From positions 1 to 64,000 of the IMG/VR virus record IMGVR_UViG_3300048590_000661: a DNA stretch of 64,000 bases; one strand, written 5' to 3'. A program made the position numbers and the translations under genes. Source of the DNA: a virus. Positions 35,459-46,278 of this stretch are shown here, piece after piece. How positions within the stretch are numbered: the first letter of the stretch is position 1; every line of letters starts with the position of its first letter. Under the pieces are notes generated by a model. It was given only the letters and a program-made list of their open reading frames with translations. It did not search any database and was not told where the DNA came from.

Positions 35459-38400
35459 ATGGCATTAGTTAAGAGTGGTTTAGAAATTGAAATTAAAGGT
35501 ATTAAACAAGCACTAGATGAACTTGGTATGTTAGACCGTATCCAAGATCAATTAGCTCTATCTGCTGATAATGTAATTATTACCATTAGTGGCATGAATA
35601 AATCTATTGGTGCCCTAAATCAAAAAACTGGAACACTTAATAATGCTCTTAATCCAGATAGGTTTACTAACTTTGGTAACGCTGCTAATATAGCAGATAG
35701 TAAATTAGATGGTTTTAGTCAGGCTGTTCAAGCAACAGTCCCACACTTAAGAAATATAGCAACGGCAAGCAATGACCTTAATACTAGTGGGCTTAATACC
35801 TTATCTAACCTACAGATTAAAGATGAATCTATTAGAATTGCTGCAACTAGTGTAGAAAAATTAAAGCAAGAATTTCAAGAGCTAAATGTTATTCTTGACG
35901 GTCCTGTTGTTAAAAATATTCAAGAATTTACGGCTGCATTATCGAAAGCTAATATTGGTAATGGGTCATTTGGTACAGAAATTAACCAATTAGCATTAGG
36001 TTTTAGAAAACTTAATGAAATTAAAGACTTAAGCGCGATATCTGCTAACCTAAATAAGTTCCTAGATGTACTTAGGCGATTATCGGCTATTGAAGTTGGT
36101 GGTGCATTATCTGATTTAGATAGGTTAGCCCCTGCACTTAAGGCTGCTGGTGATGGGTTTAGGGAGTTTAATAAAACCACTAATATAAAAAACACTAGTG
36201 GGTTAGATGGGTTTATTAATGTAGTTAAAGAAATTGCTAAAGTACCACTAACAAAAATTAGTGGTGAATTGCCTATATTTGCAGTAGCTTTAGGTACATT
36301 AGCAGAAGCATTTAAAAAGTTTGCATCTGGTGCTCCTGGTGAAAAATTACCTTCTGCATTAAAAGCTGTTACATTAGCACTATCTGAATTAGTAAAAATA
36401 TCCGCTAAAGATGCAGGTAAAGGGATTGTAGATTTAGGTACAGCATTAGGTAGCGTTGCTACGCCGCTATCTAATTTTGCTAAAGCTATGCGTGATTTTA
36501 CTACTGGTAAAGGTATTACAGATTTACCTGCTAGAGCTAAAGATATTAAGGCTGCAATGCTAGATATTCGCAATGCCTTTAATTTTAAAGACATAGATAC
36601 GTTAGCACCCAAACTTCAACAACTTTCACCAGCACTTAGAGATTTTGCTAATGCATTTAAAGCATTCTCTACTGGTAAAAATACAAACTCTTTACCTGCT
36701 AATATTGCAGCAGTTTCAAAAGCACTGAATGATTTTTCTAAAATAAAGTTAGGTGATTTATCTGCTGATTTAACAACTTTGGGACCAGGAATAGAAAAGT
36801 TAGCTTTAGCATTTAGGGCTTTTACTACTGGCACTAATATTGGTGATTTACCACAACGTATCCAAGCAATTGTTAACGCTATTAATTCACTTAAGAATGT
36901 TAGAATAGAAAGCTTAGGACCAGAGCTACAAAGTGTGGTAAAACCTTTAGGCGAATTTTTTGGTGCCTTTCGCCTATTTTCTGGTAGTGAAAAATTTGCC
37001 GATATTGGTAAGCGATTCGGTGAGCTTCAAAAGGGGCTTAACGATATTAAGAAGCTTAATTTAGGTTCATTTGCTAAAGAACTTAAAGAAGTTTCTGTAG
37101 GCTTAGAATCATTAGTTAAGGCAGCGGCTTTAGTAAATAGTAAAAACCTTAGTAGCATTAGCGCAACGCTTACTGCATTACGAGCAGAATCACAAAAAGC
37201 TACATTAGCTAATCGAGCATTAGCACTTAGTTATACCTATTTAATTAACCCAGTAAAAAATGTAGCAAATGGGCTAGGTGGGTTGGCGGCTGCTATTATT
37301 AGGCTACCAATTAATATTTTTATTAACCAGCTAAAATTCTTACGTGCAGTATTTATTGGTTTCCCAATTGCAGTATTAACTAAGGGATTTCAATTATTTT
37401 TTGGTGCTATTAATTTAGTACAAAAAGCATTCTCTGGTTTTTCTACGTTAGTAGCTAAAGTAGCTAATATATTTAAAGCGTTAAGCCAAACAATGAATAA
37501 CTTAGGTATTATTGTTAAAGCCTTATTATTCCCAATTGTTGCACTTGTTAATGCCTTCAATAGCATTATTAATGTTGGTAGTAAAGTATCCTCTATCTTT
37601 ACTGCATTTAAAGTAAATCAAGTTGCTAATGATACAAAAGTATTATCAGAGAACTTAAAAAATACTAATGTAGAACTAACTAAAACAGCAGCAACTACAA
37701 CTAGAGCTAATGCTGAATTTGTTAAAACCGATGCTGTATTAACACAAGTAGGACAAGAATCCCAACGGGCTACTACTGGTGTACGTGGCATGTCTGGTGC
37801 ATTATCGGCTATTAATGTAGCACAGGTTACACTATTAGGTTTAGGTATTGCTGGTGCTACTAAGAAAATATTAGCATTTGCTGCTGCTGCTAAAAGTTTA
37901 GAAGTCATTAGTAATGTTTTTCAACGCTTAAACATGGTAGTTCGGCAATTTGGTGGGCAAATAATTGGTGGCGCATTTGAGGCAACTAGTACATTTGAAC
38001 AACAAACCCTACAAATCACTTCGCTATTAGCTAAAGAATTTGTCAAGTTAGGTAAAGCTGGCAGTGTGCAAGAAGCTTTACAATTAGATGAGCTTAATGC
38101 GACATTTAATGAATCATTAGCCATTATTAAAAGACTAGCCATTGAAAGTCCTTTTGATAATAAAGATATTATTACAGTTTTTAGAATGGCATCTAGCTTC
38201 GGGTTTATGCGTGAAGAAGCTTTAGATATGACTAGGATCTTAACTGATGCTAGTGCTGCTTTAGGTTTAACAGGTAGTGATGCTTCTGAAATTGCTAAGG
38301 TATTTGGTCAAATTAAATCGTTAGGCAAGCTATTAGCTGGTGATGTTAATCAATTAGCCCAACGTGGTATTAATGTTAAAACCATCCTTAAAGATGTAGG

Positions 38401-41400
38401 CTTGACAATGGCCGATGTGCAAGGTGGTGCATTAGATGCTGATCAAGCTATCCAATTAATTCTTACCAGTTTAGATAGAGATTTTGGTGGAAGTGCTGCT
38501 AGAGCTACAAATACATTAGCTGGTCTAGCTAGTACATTTACTAGTCTTAGAGATGATGTTTTAAGGACTACATTTACCCCATTATTTGATGCACTTAAAC
38601 CATTTGGAGCAGAACTATTAGCACCATTTCAAAATACAGACTTCTTAGAAAAAGTAACACAATTTGGCGAGGTACTTAGAGATAATGTATTAGGGGTAAT
38701 AACGGGTATAGTTCGCCCCATTGTGTTCTTGACTACTGCCTTTATCAATTTACCAAAACCTATCCAACAAGCTATATTCTTTGCTGCTAAGTTTGCCGCT
38801 ACTGCATTAGCAGTATCTACAGCCGTAGCAGTAGTGCAAGCTGGTATAGTGCTTTTTGGTACTACTTTGGCATTTATCTTCAACCCTATTTCCCTTACTG
38901 TTGGTGCATTAATATCGTTAGCAACGGTTGCATATACTGGTCGTGAGGCTATCACTAGTTTTGCCAACGCTATTGGTGGGAGTATTTATGCTCGACTTTT
39001 AGACTTAGCTAAAGTATTCCCCGTTATTGGTAATGCGTTAAATGGGCTACAAAGTGTATTTATTAGGATTAAAACTGGGTTTAATTCGTTATTTGAGCCA
39101 TCCGAAGCTACAAAACTAGCTAGATCAGTTGATACCTTCGTTCAATCTACTAATACATCTTTATCAAGTACAACAGGTTCTTTTAATGAGGTATCTTTTG
39201 CTGCGAATACAACGGCAAAAGCGCTAGGGTTAACGGGCACACTAGCTAAGAATATGGTGGCTTCTTTTATTCCTATGCGTAGAGAGTTGTCATTAGTTGC
39301 CTTAACTGGTGAGCAAGTAACTGAAGCATTAGATATTAAACCAACTGGGTTAGAAAATACTATCTCAACAATTAGCACCAGTATTAATGGGTTTAATAAT
39401 AGTATTAATAATTTATTTAGCGGTATTCAAAACACTATTCAGCCTGGAATAGATGCCGTTAGCGCTGGTGCCAACTCAATAGTGGCTGCATTTAATACTG
39501 CTGGGGTAGAAGTTACAAGCATTGGGCAATCTATACTATTAATATTTGGTGGGATAGGGCAAACTATTCTTGATGAGCTAGGTAAACTAGGCACAGGAAT
39601 ATCAGAAAGGTTAGGCGGGTTAGGTACTTTCTTTGCAGACTTCTTAACTAGCGTAACCGACTTTGGTGGTGGGTTAATTGATGCCTTCTCGCAAGGTATT
39701 TTAACATCCCTTAACTATGTAGCCGATGCCCTATTAGCTATTGCAGAATTAGTAACCTTTTGGCTAGAACCTGGGAGTCCGCCTAGATTACTTCCTGACA
39801 TTGATAAATGGGGTGCTGGATTAATCCTATCATGGATTGATGGTATGACTGCAACTATCGGCCCCGCATTTCAAGGTTTGGGTGGTATTATTGAAAAAGC
39901 GGCTGCTGGTATATTTTCTGTATTTATAGCAATAGGTAAATTCACTTTCGATACCATTATTAATAGCATCATTGCATTTGGTGGAATATTTACCCAAGTA
40001 TTTTCTAGTTTAGTCGCTGTAGGCACTGCTTTTATTGGTCAAATAGCTTTAATATTTAACTTAATCGCTAATAGCTTTCTAGTAGCTATTGACCCTGCGC
40101 TATCTTTTAAAGATAAATTTATTCGTATCCTTAATGAAGTGGGTTATTTCATTAGTGGCACATTCGTAAACGTTGGTGTATTAGTAGCTAGTGTTGCGCA
40201 AGATATTGTTAACTCACTATTAATAGTTAGCCAGTTTGTCATTAATGAGTTTGTTATTGGTTTTAATGCTATTAAAATGATATTCCCACAATTAGATGGG
40301 TTATCAACAAGAATAGCAGATTTTTCTAATAAAAGCTTGGCTAATCTACAAACTTTTGGTAATGGTGCGGCCACATTCTTTGCAGACTTACTAGATACTG
40401 TTACAGACTATGGTAGTGCTTTAATATCAGCTTTTAGCGATGGTATTATTGGTGCGGTTTCTGTAGTATCACAAGCCCTTAGTTATTTAGGTGATCAAAT
40501 AGCATATTGGTTAGCTCCTGGTTCGCCACCTCGCCTATTGCCTGAAATTGATAAATGGGGTACTGCTGCGGCTGGTGAATTTCTTGGTGGGTTTAGTTCT
40601 GCTGATTTCAGCAAAATTGAAGATTTTGGTTCTACCGCTGAAAAACTTTTAGAGAATATTAACTTAGACCCTGGAATAGATATTAATTTTCAAGGCATAT
40701 TTGAGGGGTTTGCTGGCGCATTAGCTCAAGGTAGTTTAGGTGAAGATACCTTTGCCGAAGTTAGCGCAGTAGCCCCACAAGCGGCAGCAGAGCTTCAACT
40801 ATTAGCTAGCACATATTTTTCTGTAGAAGATGCTAGTAAAAAACTAGAAGAAGCTAATGAAAAAGTTGCGGCTAGCCAAGCTAAAGTAACGGAAGAAACT
40901 GAAAAAATAGCTGAAGCTACTAAAACATATGATGACCAAATTGCAGAATTAGAAGGTCGTTTAACTGATATTGATACTGCATCTACTTATGATGCTGAAA
41001 TTAAGAAAATTGCCCAATTACAAGATGTCATTAATTCACGTTATACAAGCGAGTATGAACAAATGCAAGCGCAACGTGAAATTGAAAAGATTCGTAATAC
41101 ACAACAGCTACGGCAACTAAAAGCCGCAAAAGCTGCAAATGAGGCTAATTTACGGGCTGCTGAAGCGGAACTATCTGCCAATGAAAAAATGGCCCAACAA
41201 AGTGAAAGTAATGTAGATAAATCACAAGAAGAATTAGATGCCCTTAAAGCTAGGTTAGACCTTGCTGCTAAATTTGCTAGTGAAAATAGTGGTCTTGGCG
41301 CTGATGGCTCATTAGGTGGTAGCGATGCCGATGAAGATGGCAAGAAGCTTAAAGGTAAAAAGATAAAAATACCTAAAGGTGAAGATTTAGTTGATGCCTT

Positions 41401-44400
41401 CGATTTAGATTCTGCCTTAGCAATAGGTGAAGCTGGGTTTGCTAACTTTAATAATAAAATTCGTACTGCTTTTGATGATTTTAGGGATAAAATTCAAGGG
41501 GTCCGTGATGGCGTTAATGCTTTCTTCGATAATATTAGGGAGAAATTTGGAAGGTTACAAGAAGTATTTAAACCAGTAACGGATGCAGTTTATAAACTAT
41601 TTACAAACACAAACTTCTTAAAGACTGCATTCGTTGCTTTAGGGGTTATTTTAGCTGGGCCATTAATAATTGGTGCATTAACTACATTAGCTACAATTAT
41701 CGGTGGAATTGTAATAGCTTTAGGCCCATTTACAGGAACTTTATTACTATTAACTGGTGCATTAGGTGGTGCTGGGTTTGGCGCATACTTATTAGGTCAA
41801 AATTTAGCAGAAGCTAGTGGGTTATTTGGTGAAAGTTCAGCAATACTAAATGATGTAGTCAATAGCCTATTGACGATAGGATCAACCATTGGTACAGTAC
41901 TGTCTAATTTTGGCAGCGGTTTTATTACTGGGCTATTTGCAGATGGTCAAACTTTCTTATCTGCAATTCTTGGTTTTGATGTAACAGACCTATCTACTAT
42001 TTCTGCTAGTTTAGGGAACCTAGCCGCCGAGCTTGTACAAGAGTTTATTAGGTTTAACTTAATAATATTCAAAAGCTTTACAGGGATACTATTAGGAAAT
42101 AACCCTATTGATACATTCTTAACTGAATTAACAGGCAAGGATTATTCTGGCACTTTTGAGCAATTTGCGACTAAATTAGGTAATGACTTACGTAATTATG
42201 TCATCAAAGCATTTAACCTTTTTGAGTCTAATATAGCTAGTAGTGGAGTATTAGCGGGTGTAACTAAAACTTTAGGAACCCTTATTTCTGAAGCATTTGC
42301 TAATTTAGGCAATGCCGTAGCTGGAGTTGCTAACTTTGATTTGTCTACTATCTCATTTGATTTAGGTGGCATTACCCTTACTGGTGGGCCAGAATTAGGC
42401 ACTAAATTAGCTGGGTTATTAGGCGAAAGTTTTAACTTCTTAACTACTATTGATTTTAGCACACCTGCTACCGTCATTCAAAGTACTTTTGAAACAGCCT
42501 TCAATACTATTCAACCTATCGTTAGCCAAAAATTCTTAGAATTTATGACGCTAGTATTTGGGTCAAATAGTCAAAGCGTTATTGATGGCTTAACTACTAC
42601 CCTAGATAATATTGGGTTAGCTTTTGATCGTCTTTTCAATAATATTAATAAGCAAGGGTTAGCTGGTGGTATTCTTCAAACTATCTTTGGTGATGGTGCA
42701 CAAGCTATCTTAGCTAACTTTAGTATTGCTCTTTCTGGTTTAGAATCTGTATTTGGCTTAGTAGGTAGCGCTTTTAATACATTCTTAGCCAATATTGAAG
42801 CTAGTGGATTAGCAGATAGCCTTATTAACTTAGGCAACCAAATACTATATGCTAGCCAAGAAATACTTAAATTAATTGGACCATTAGTGGCTGGTGCGGT
42901 AGGTGGAGCTTTTGTATTATTATTAGAAGTATTTAAAGAATTACCATTTATCCTAACTAATGTCATAGACTTATTTGCCAACTTATTTGAAAGAATAGGT
43001 AATATTGCGAAAGCTATTACAGATTTGGTATTAGGCAATATTAGTTTCGGACAATTTTTAAGTGAGTTCTTTGGTAATATCTTAGGTATATTCTCTGACA
43101 TTGGAGTCTTTATTGATGGTATTGGAGATAATATTGCTAATGCAGTTAAAGGGTTTATATCTACTATTGGTGATTTAATTGGTATTGATGTACAACCATT
43201 CTTAGATAGTTTTGGCTTTATTATTGACATTATTGCTGATATTACATCTAGCCTTCTATTAGGTTGGGTATTTAAGCTTGCTACCCAATTTAACCGCTTA
43301 ACCAATATTTTTACTAAAACCAGTAAGCCATTAACAGAATTAGATAAAGCATTTATCTTTATTGGGCAAAAGGTGGCAAATTTATTTACTGGTATTAGTA
43401 GATTATTTGGTAGCTTTGGAAAATTGGGCACCAGCATTAAAAATGTTTTACCATCTACTACTAGCTTTACTAATGCCATCAATACAATTGGTGGTTTAGC
43501 TGGAGGTGTATTAAAGGCATTTTTTACATTTGCTACATCTAGTTTTGCTAAGTTTAATGCCACATTATTGGGTGTACTAGGAATAGCACTATTATTAAAG
43601 AATGGCATCATAGAAACTTTCACTGCTATTCGCGATGGTATTTCAGAGAAAATTAATGCTATTAATACATTCTTTAGTGCATTAGAACTAACTAACCCAT
43701 TCGCTTCACTATCAACTGCTATATTTGGTGAAGAAGGGTTTGTTAGTAAAATACAAGCTGTACCTGCTAGTTTTGATGGCTTATTTGCTAGTGTCGTTAT
43801 TGCAAACCCATTAGCTTTCTTTGATGACTTTTTCCCATTATTCAAACTTGCAATAGGTGAAGTTCCTGGGTATTTCACAGGGCTATTAGATACAATAACA
43901 ATAGTTAACCCATTTGACGCACTTAATGACTTCTTATTTAGTGAAACTGGATTTGTGAGTAAAGTATTAGGAATTGGTTCTTCGTTCGTTACAACTGCCG
44001 AAGATATTACTGGGATTAATATTATTGACCCATTTGAAGCGATTAAAATTACGCTAGGGTTAGTAAAAATAGCAGTAGATGAAATTCCTGGGCTAATAAC
44101 TAATTTAAGTAAAGCAATTAATGAGTTAACTGTTACTGATGTATTTGCCGCTATTGCTGAATCTACAAACTTCTTAGTAGAAGGCGCACAAAACCTATTA
44201 GAAATAGATTTAAGCGGCTTTAGTAATGTATTTGCTCCTGTCACTGCTACAATTGATGGTCTAGTAGAGAAATTTAATAACTTAACACAAACCTTTAAAG
44301 ATGCAGCAAACTTAGTTCCTGGTATTAATATTGGTGGTGCAGAATTAAGTGGCGTAGAAGTTATTCAAGAAAAAATCAAGACGGAGTTCGGAAATACACC

Positions 44401-46276
44401 TGTATCCAGTGAACAAAAACTAGATTTAATTTTTGAAGACCCTAATCTAAGCACTAAAGCATCTGCATTATTACAAGAGTTTGAAACTGCCTATGATAAT
44501 GCATCTGGACCATTAGGCACAAACTTTGCTGCTATCAATAAAGAATTAATAGCAAAAGGGTTTAGTGCAGAAGACATAATAGCTGTAGCTAAGGCTGCTG
44601 GGTTATCAATTGAAGAAGGGTTTGCTGAAGGGTTTACATCTGATACTAGCGCTACAACTAGAGAAGCTAGAGCTTTAGCCACTAATACACTGTTAGAGCT
44701 AAAAGACGCATTAGGTATTCAATCACCATCTACCGAAGCAAAAGACCAAATTGGTATTCCTGTAGTGGAGGGTATTATTGAACCTTTCTCAGATACAACA
44801 CTTATTCAACCAGCTATAACGACATTAGTAAATAACTTACTAGCAGAGTTAACCGCACAAGTAGAAAGTAAATCTAACAGTATTAAAGAAGCCATCAACA
44901 ACGCTTTAACACCTAAATTTCAAGAATCTGGTGCGGAATTAGGTACAGCGCTAGCAACATCTACTGCTACAACACTATCTAATGCTGATATTCCAGTAGA
45001 ATTAACAACTGACTTTAATGCTATTGGTACAGAGTATGGTACTGCATTAGGTGGTGGCTTTACAACTGGTTTAGATACAGAGCTATCTAAATCTACTGGC
45101 TTGACTGGTATCACTACATTATTCAAAAATACATTCACTGGTATTACTGCTACACTTAATAAGTTTAAAATATCATTATCAACAAGTCTTAATGGTTTAT
45201 ACTCATCATTTAATCAAATCACAAGCACCTTTTCTACAAATATGATTAGATTATGGTCTGTTATGTTTGATAGTTTAATTGAACTAATGGAAGAATTTGT
45301 AGATGAATTTATAGAGCTATTAGAAGACTTTTTGGAAGCGATTACCACTAATGTAGAAGATATGTTTGATAATATCGTTAGTTTATTTGCATCTTTTATC
45401 AATAGTATTCTAAATAGCTATAGCGTATTTACGACAGAATTAGTACGGCTAACAACAGTAGCAGTTATTAATATTATTAACCAATTTAAGCGGTTAGAAA
45501 CAGAACTAGTACCTATTATAGAACGGGCTATTGATGCTGCTACTGCTGCAATGCGTAAAATAGTAGATGCCTTCCGAACAATTGGTACTGATGCTGTTGA
45601 TGCCTTTATTGAGCAAGTTGACACAATGCTTGATAGAACTGTTGGTGCTATAGACATATTTATTACAGAAATATTGGATCTATATAGTGGAACAGGTAGT
45701 ACAATTTACGCTGCTGGTCGTAGTATTGGTGTAAATTTTATTAATGGTTGGATATTTGGTATTGAAAGTAGATTACCTGCGCTATTAGTTGTAGTTGGTA
45801 ATATGGTTGATTCTATGGTTGCTAAAGTAGAGTCTGAATTGCTGATTGAATCACCATCAAGAGTTATGTTTAGACTAGGTGAGTTTACTGGTGATGGTTT
45901 AGCTATGGGTATCCAAAATAAAATTAGCGCAGTATCTAATAGCATGAAAATGTTAACTGATAGCGTCGTTAATAGTGGGTTTAAAAATAAAGTCACGAAC
46001 TTTATTAATAAAGATATATTTGGTACAATGAATAACATAAAGACGGAAGGGTTATTATCGATTCAAGGGGCTGCGCAACGTCACTTAATTGATATGAATA
46101 CTGGGCAAAATATTACATCATATAGTCCAGACTATCAACGGCTAATAGCTAGTAGCAGCAACGTTAGTAATAGTTATGTAACCAATAATAGTTATGCTAT
46201 GACCGTTAATACAAAGCAGGACCGTGTAGTGCCAATTAGACGAAAGTTCCGCACTATGGAATTTATAGGGGTATAA
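35459..46276 (+). CDS. tape measure protein (3605 aa)
   Basis: Tape-measure domain (AIESPF...GQIKSLGKL..DVNQLAQRGI), long amphipathic repeats, GSPP and SPS motifs. Confidence 0.92.
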   Translation: MALVKSGLEIEIKGIKQALDELGMLDRIQDQLALSADNVIITISGMNKSIGALNQKTGTLNNALNPDRFTNFGNAANIADSKLDGFSQAVQATVPHLRNIATASNDLNTSGLNTLSNLQIKDESIRIAATSVEKLKQEFQELNVILDGPVVKNIQEFTAALSKANIGNGSFGTEINQLALGFRKLNEIKDLSAISANLNKFLDVLRRLSAIEVGGALSDLDRLAPALKAAGDGFREFNKTTNIKNTSGLDGFINVVKEIAKVPLTKISGELPIFAVALGTLAEAFKKFASGAPGEKLPSALKAVTLALSELVKISAKDAGKGIVDLGTALGSVATPLSNFAKAMRDFTTGKGITDLPARAKDIKAAMLDIRNAFNFKDIDTLAPKLQQLSPALRDFANAFKAFSTGKNTNSLPANIAAVSKALNDFSKIKLGDLSADLTTLGPGIEKLALAFRAFTTGTNIGDLPQRIQAIVNAINSLKNVRIESLGPELQSVVKPLGEFFGAFRLFSGSEKFADIGKRFGELQKGLNDIKKLNLGSFAKELKEVSVGLESLVKAAALVNSKNLSSISATLTALRAESQKATLANRALALSYTYLINPVKNVANGLGGLAAAIIRLPINIFINQLKFLRAVFIGFPIAVLTKGFQLFFGAINLVQKAFSGFSTLVAKVANIFKALSQTMNNLGIIVKALLFPIVALVNAFNSIINVGSKVSSIFTAFKVNQVANDTKVLSENLKNTNVELTKTAATTTRANAEFVKTDAVLTQVGQESQRATTGVRGMSGALSAINVAQVTLLGLGIAGATKKILAFAAAAKSLEVISNVFQRLNMVVRQFGGQIIGGAFEATSTFEQQTLQITSLLAKEFVKLGKAGSVQEALQLDELNATFNESLAIIKRLAIESPFDNKDIITVFRMASSFGFMREEALDMTRILTDASAALGLTGSDASEIAKVFGQIKSLGKLLAGDVNQLAQRGINVKTILKDVGLTMADVQGGALDADQAIQLILTSLDRDFGGSAARATNTLAGLASTFTSLRDDVLRTTFTPLFDALKPFGAELLAPFQNTDFLEKVTQFGEVLRDNVLGVITGIVRPIVFLTTAFINLPKPIQQAIFFAAKFAATALAVSTAVAVVQAGIVLFGTTLAFIFNPISLTVGALISLATVAYTGREAITSFANAIGGSIYARLLDLAKVFPVIGNALNGLQSVFIRIKTGFNSLFEPSEATKLARSVDTFVQSTNTSLSSTTGSFNEVSFAANTTAKALGLTGTLAKNMVASFIPMRRELSLVALTGEQVTEALDIKPTGLENTISTISTSINGFNNSINNLFSGIQNTIQPGIDAVSAGANSIVAAFNTAGVEVTSIGQSILLIFGGIGQTILDELGKLGTGISERLGGLGTFFADFLTSVTDFGGGLIDAFSQGILTSLNYVADALLAIAELVTFWLEPGSPPRLLPDIDKWGAGLILSWIDGMTATIGPAFQGLGGIIEKAAAGIFSVFIAIGKFTFDTIINSIIAFGGIFTQVFSSLVAVGTAFIGQIALIFNLIANSFLVAIDPALSFKDKFIRILNEVGYFISGTFVNVGVLVASVAQDIVNSLLIVSQFVINEFVIGFNAIKMIFPQLDGLSTRIADFSNKSLANLQTFGNGAATFFADLLDTVTDYGSALISAFSDGIIGAVSVVSQALSYLGDQIAYWLAPGSPPRLLPEIDKWGTAAAGEFLGGFSSADFSKIEDFGSTAEKLLENINLDPGIDINFQGIFEGFAGALAQGSLGEDTFAEVSAVAPQAAAELQLLASTYFSVEDASKKLEEANEKVAASQAKVTEETEKIAEATKTYDDQIAELEGRLTDIDTASTYDAEIKKIAQLQDVINSRYTSEYEQMQAQREIEKIRNTQQLRQLKAAKAANEANLRAAEAELSANEKMAQQSESNVDKSQEELDALKARLDLAAKFASENSGLGADGSLGGSDADEDGKKLKGKKIKIPKGEDLVDAFDLDSALAIGEAGFANFNNKIRTAFDDFRDKIQGVRDGVNAFFDNIREKFGRLQEVFKPVTDAVYKLFTNTNFLKTAFVALGVILAGPLIIGALTTLATIIGGIVIALGPFTGTLLLLTGALGGAGFGAYLLGQNLAEASGLFGESSAILNDVVNSLLTIGSTIGTVLSNFGSGFITGLFADGQTFLSAILGFDVTDLSTISASLGNLAAELVQEFIRFNLIIFKSFTGILLGNNPIDTFLTELTGKDYSGTFEQFATKLGNDLRNYVIKAFNLFESNIASSGVLAGVTKTLGTLISEAFANLGNAVAGVANFDLSTISFDLGGITLTGGPELGTKLAGLLGESFNFLTTIDFSTPATVIQSTFETAFNTIQPIVSQKFLEFMTLVFGSNSQSVIDGLTTTLDNIGLAFDRLFNNINKQGLAGGILQTIFGDGAQAILANFSIALSGLESVFGLVGSAFNTFLANIEASGLADSLINLGNQILYASQEILKLIGPLVAGAVGGAFVLLLEVFKELPFILTNVIDLFANLFERIGNIAKAITDLVLGNISFGQFLSEFFGNILGIFSDIGVFIDGIGDNIANAVKGFISTIGDLIGIDVQPFLDSFGFIIDIIADITSSLLLGWVFKLATQFNRLTNIFTKTSKPLTELDKAFIFIGQKVANLFTGISRLFGSFGKLGTSIKNVLPSTTSFTNAINTIGGLAGGVLKAFFTFATSSFAKFNATLLGVLGIALLLKNGIIETFTAIRDGISEKINAINTFFSALELTNPFASLSTAIFGEEGFVSKIQAVPASFDGLFASVVIANPLAFFDDFFPLFKLAIGEVPGYFTGLLDTITIVNPFDALNDFLFSETGFVSKVLGIGSSFVTTAEDITGINIIDPFEAIKITLGLVKIAVDEIPGLITNLSKAINELTVTDVFAAIAESTNFLVEGAQNLLEIDLSGFSNVFAPVTATIDGLVEKFNNLTQTFKDAANLVPGINIGGAELSGVEVIQEKIKTEFGNTPVSSEQKLDLIFEDPNLSTKASALLQEFETAYDNASGPLGTNFAAINKELIAKGFSAEDIIAVAKAAGLSIEEGFAEGFTSDTSATTREARALATNTLLELKDALGIQSPSTEAKDQIGIPVVEGIIEPFSDTTLIQPAITTLVNNLLAELTAQVESKSNSIKEAINNALTPKFQESGAELGTALATSTATTLSNADIPVELTTDFNAIGTEYGTALGGGFTTGLDTELSKSTGLTGITTLFKNTFTGITATLNKFKISLSTSLNGLYSSFNQITSTFSTNMIRLWSVMFDSLIELMEEFVDEFIELLEDFLEAITTNVEDMFDNIVSLFASFINSILNSYSVFTTELVRLTTVAVINIINQFKRLETELVPIIERAIDAATAAMRKIVDAFRTIGTDAVDAFIEQVDTMLDRTVGAIDIFITEILDLYSGTGSTIYAAGRSIGVNFINGWIFGIESRLPALLVVVGNMVDSMVAKVESELLIESPSRVMFRLGEFTGDGLAMGIQNKISAVSNSMKMLTDSVVNSGFKNKVTNFINKDIFGTMNNIKTEGLLSIQGAAQRHLIDMNTGQNITSYSPDYQRLIASSSNVSNSYVTNNSYAMTVNTKQDRVVPIRRKFRTMEFIGV

Positions 46277-46278
46277 AA

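Noticed and set aside
35920-46038. Many long minus-strand ORFs (e.g. 42676..44244, 522 aa)
   Set aside because: Antisense shadows of the tape measure gene caused by codon bias; no RBS or motifs
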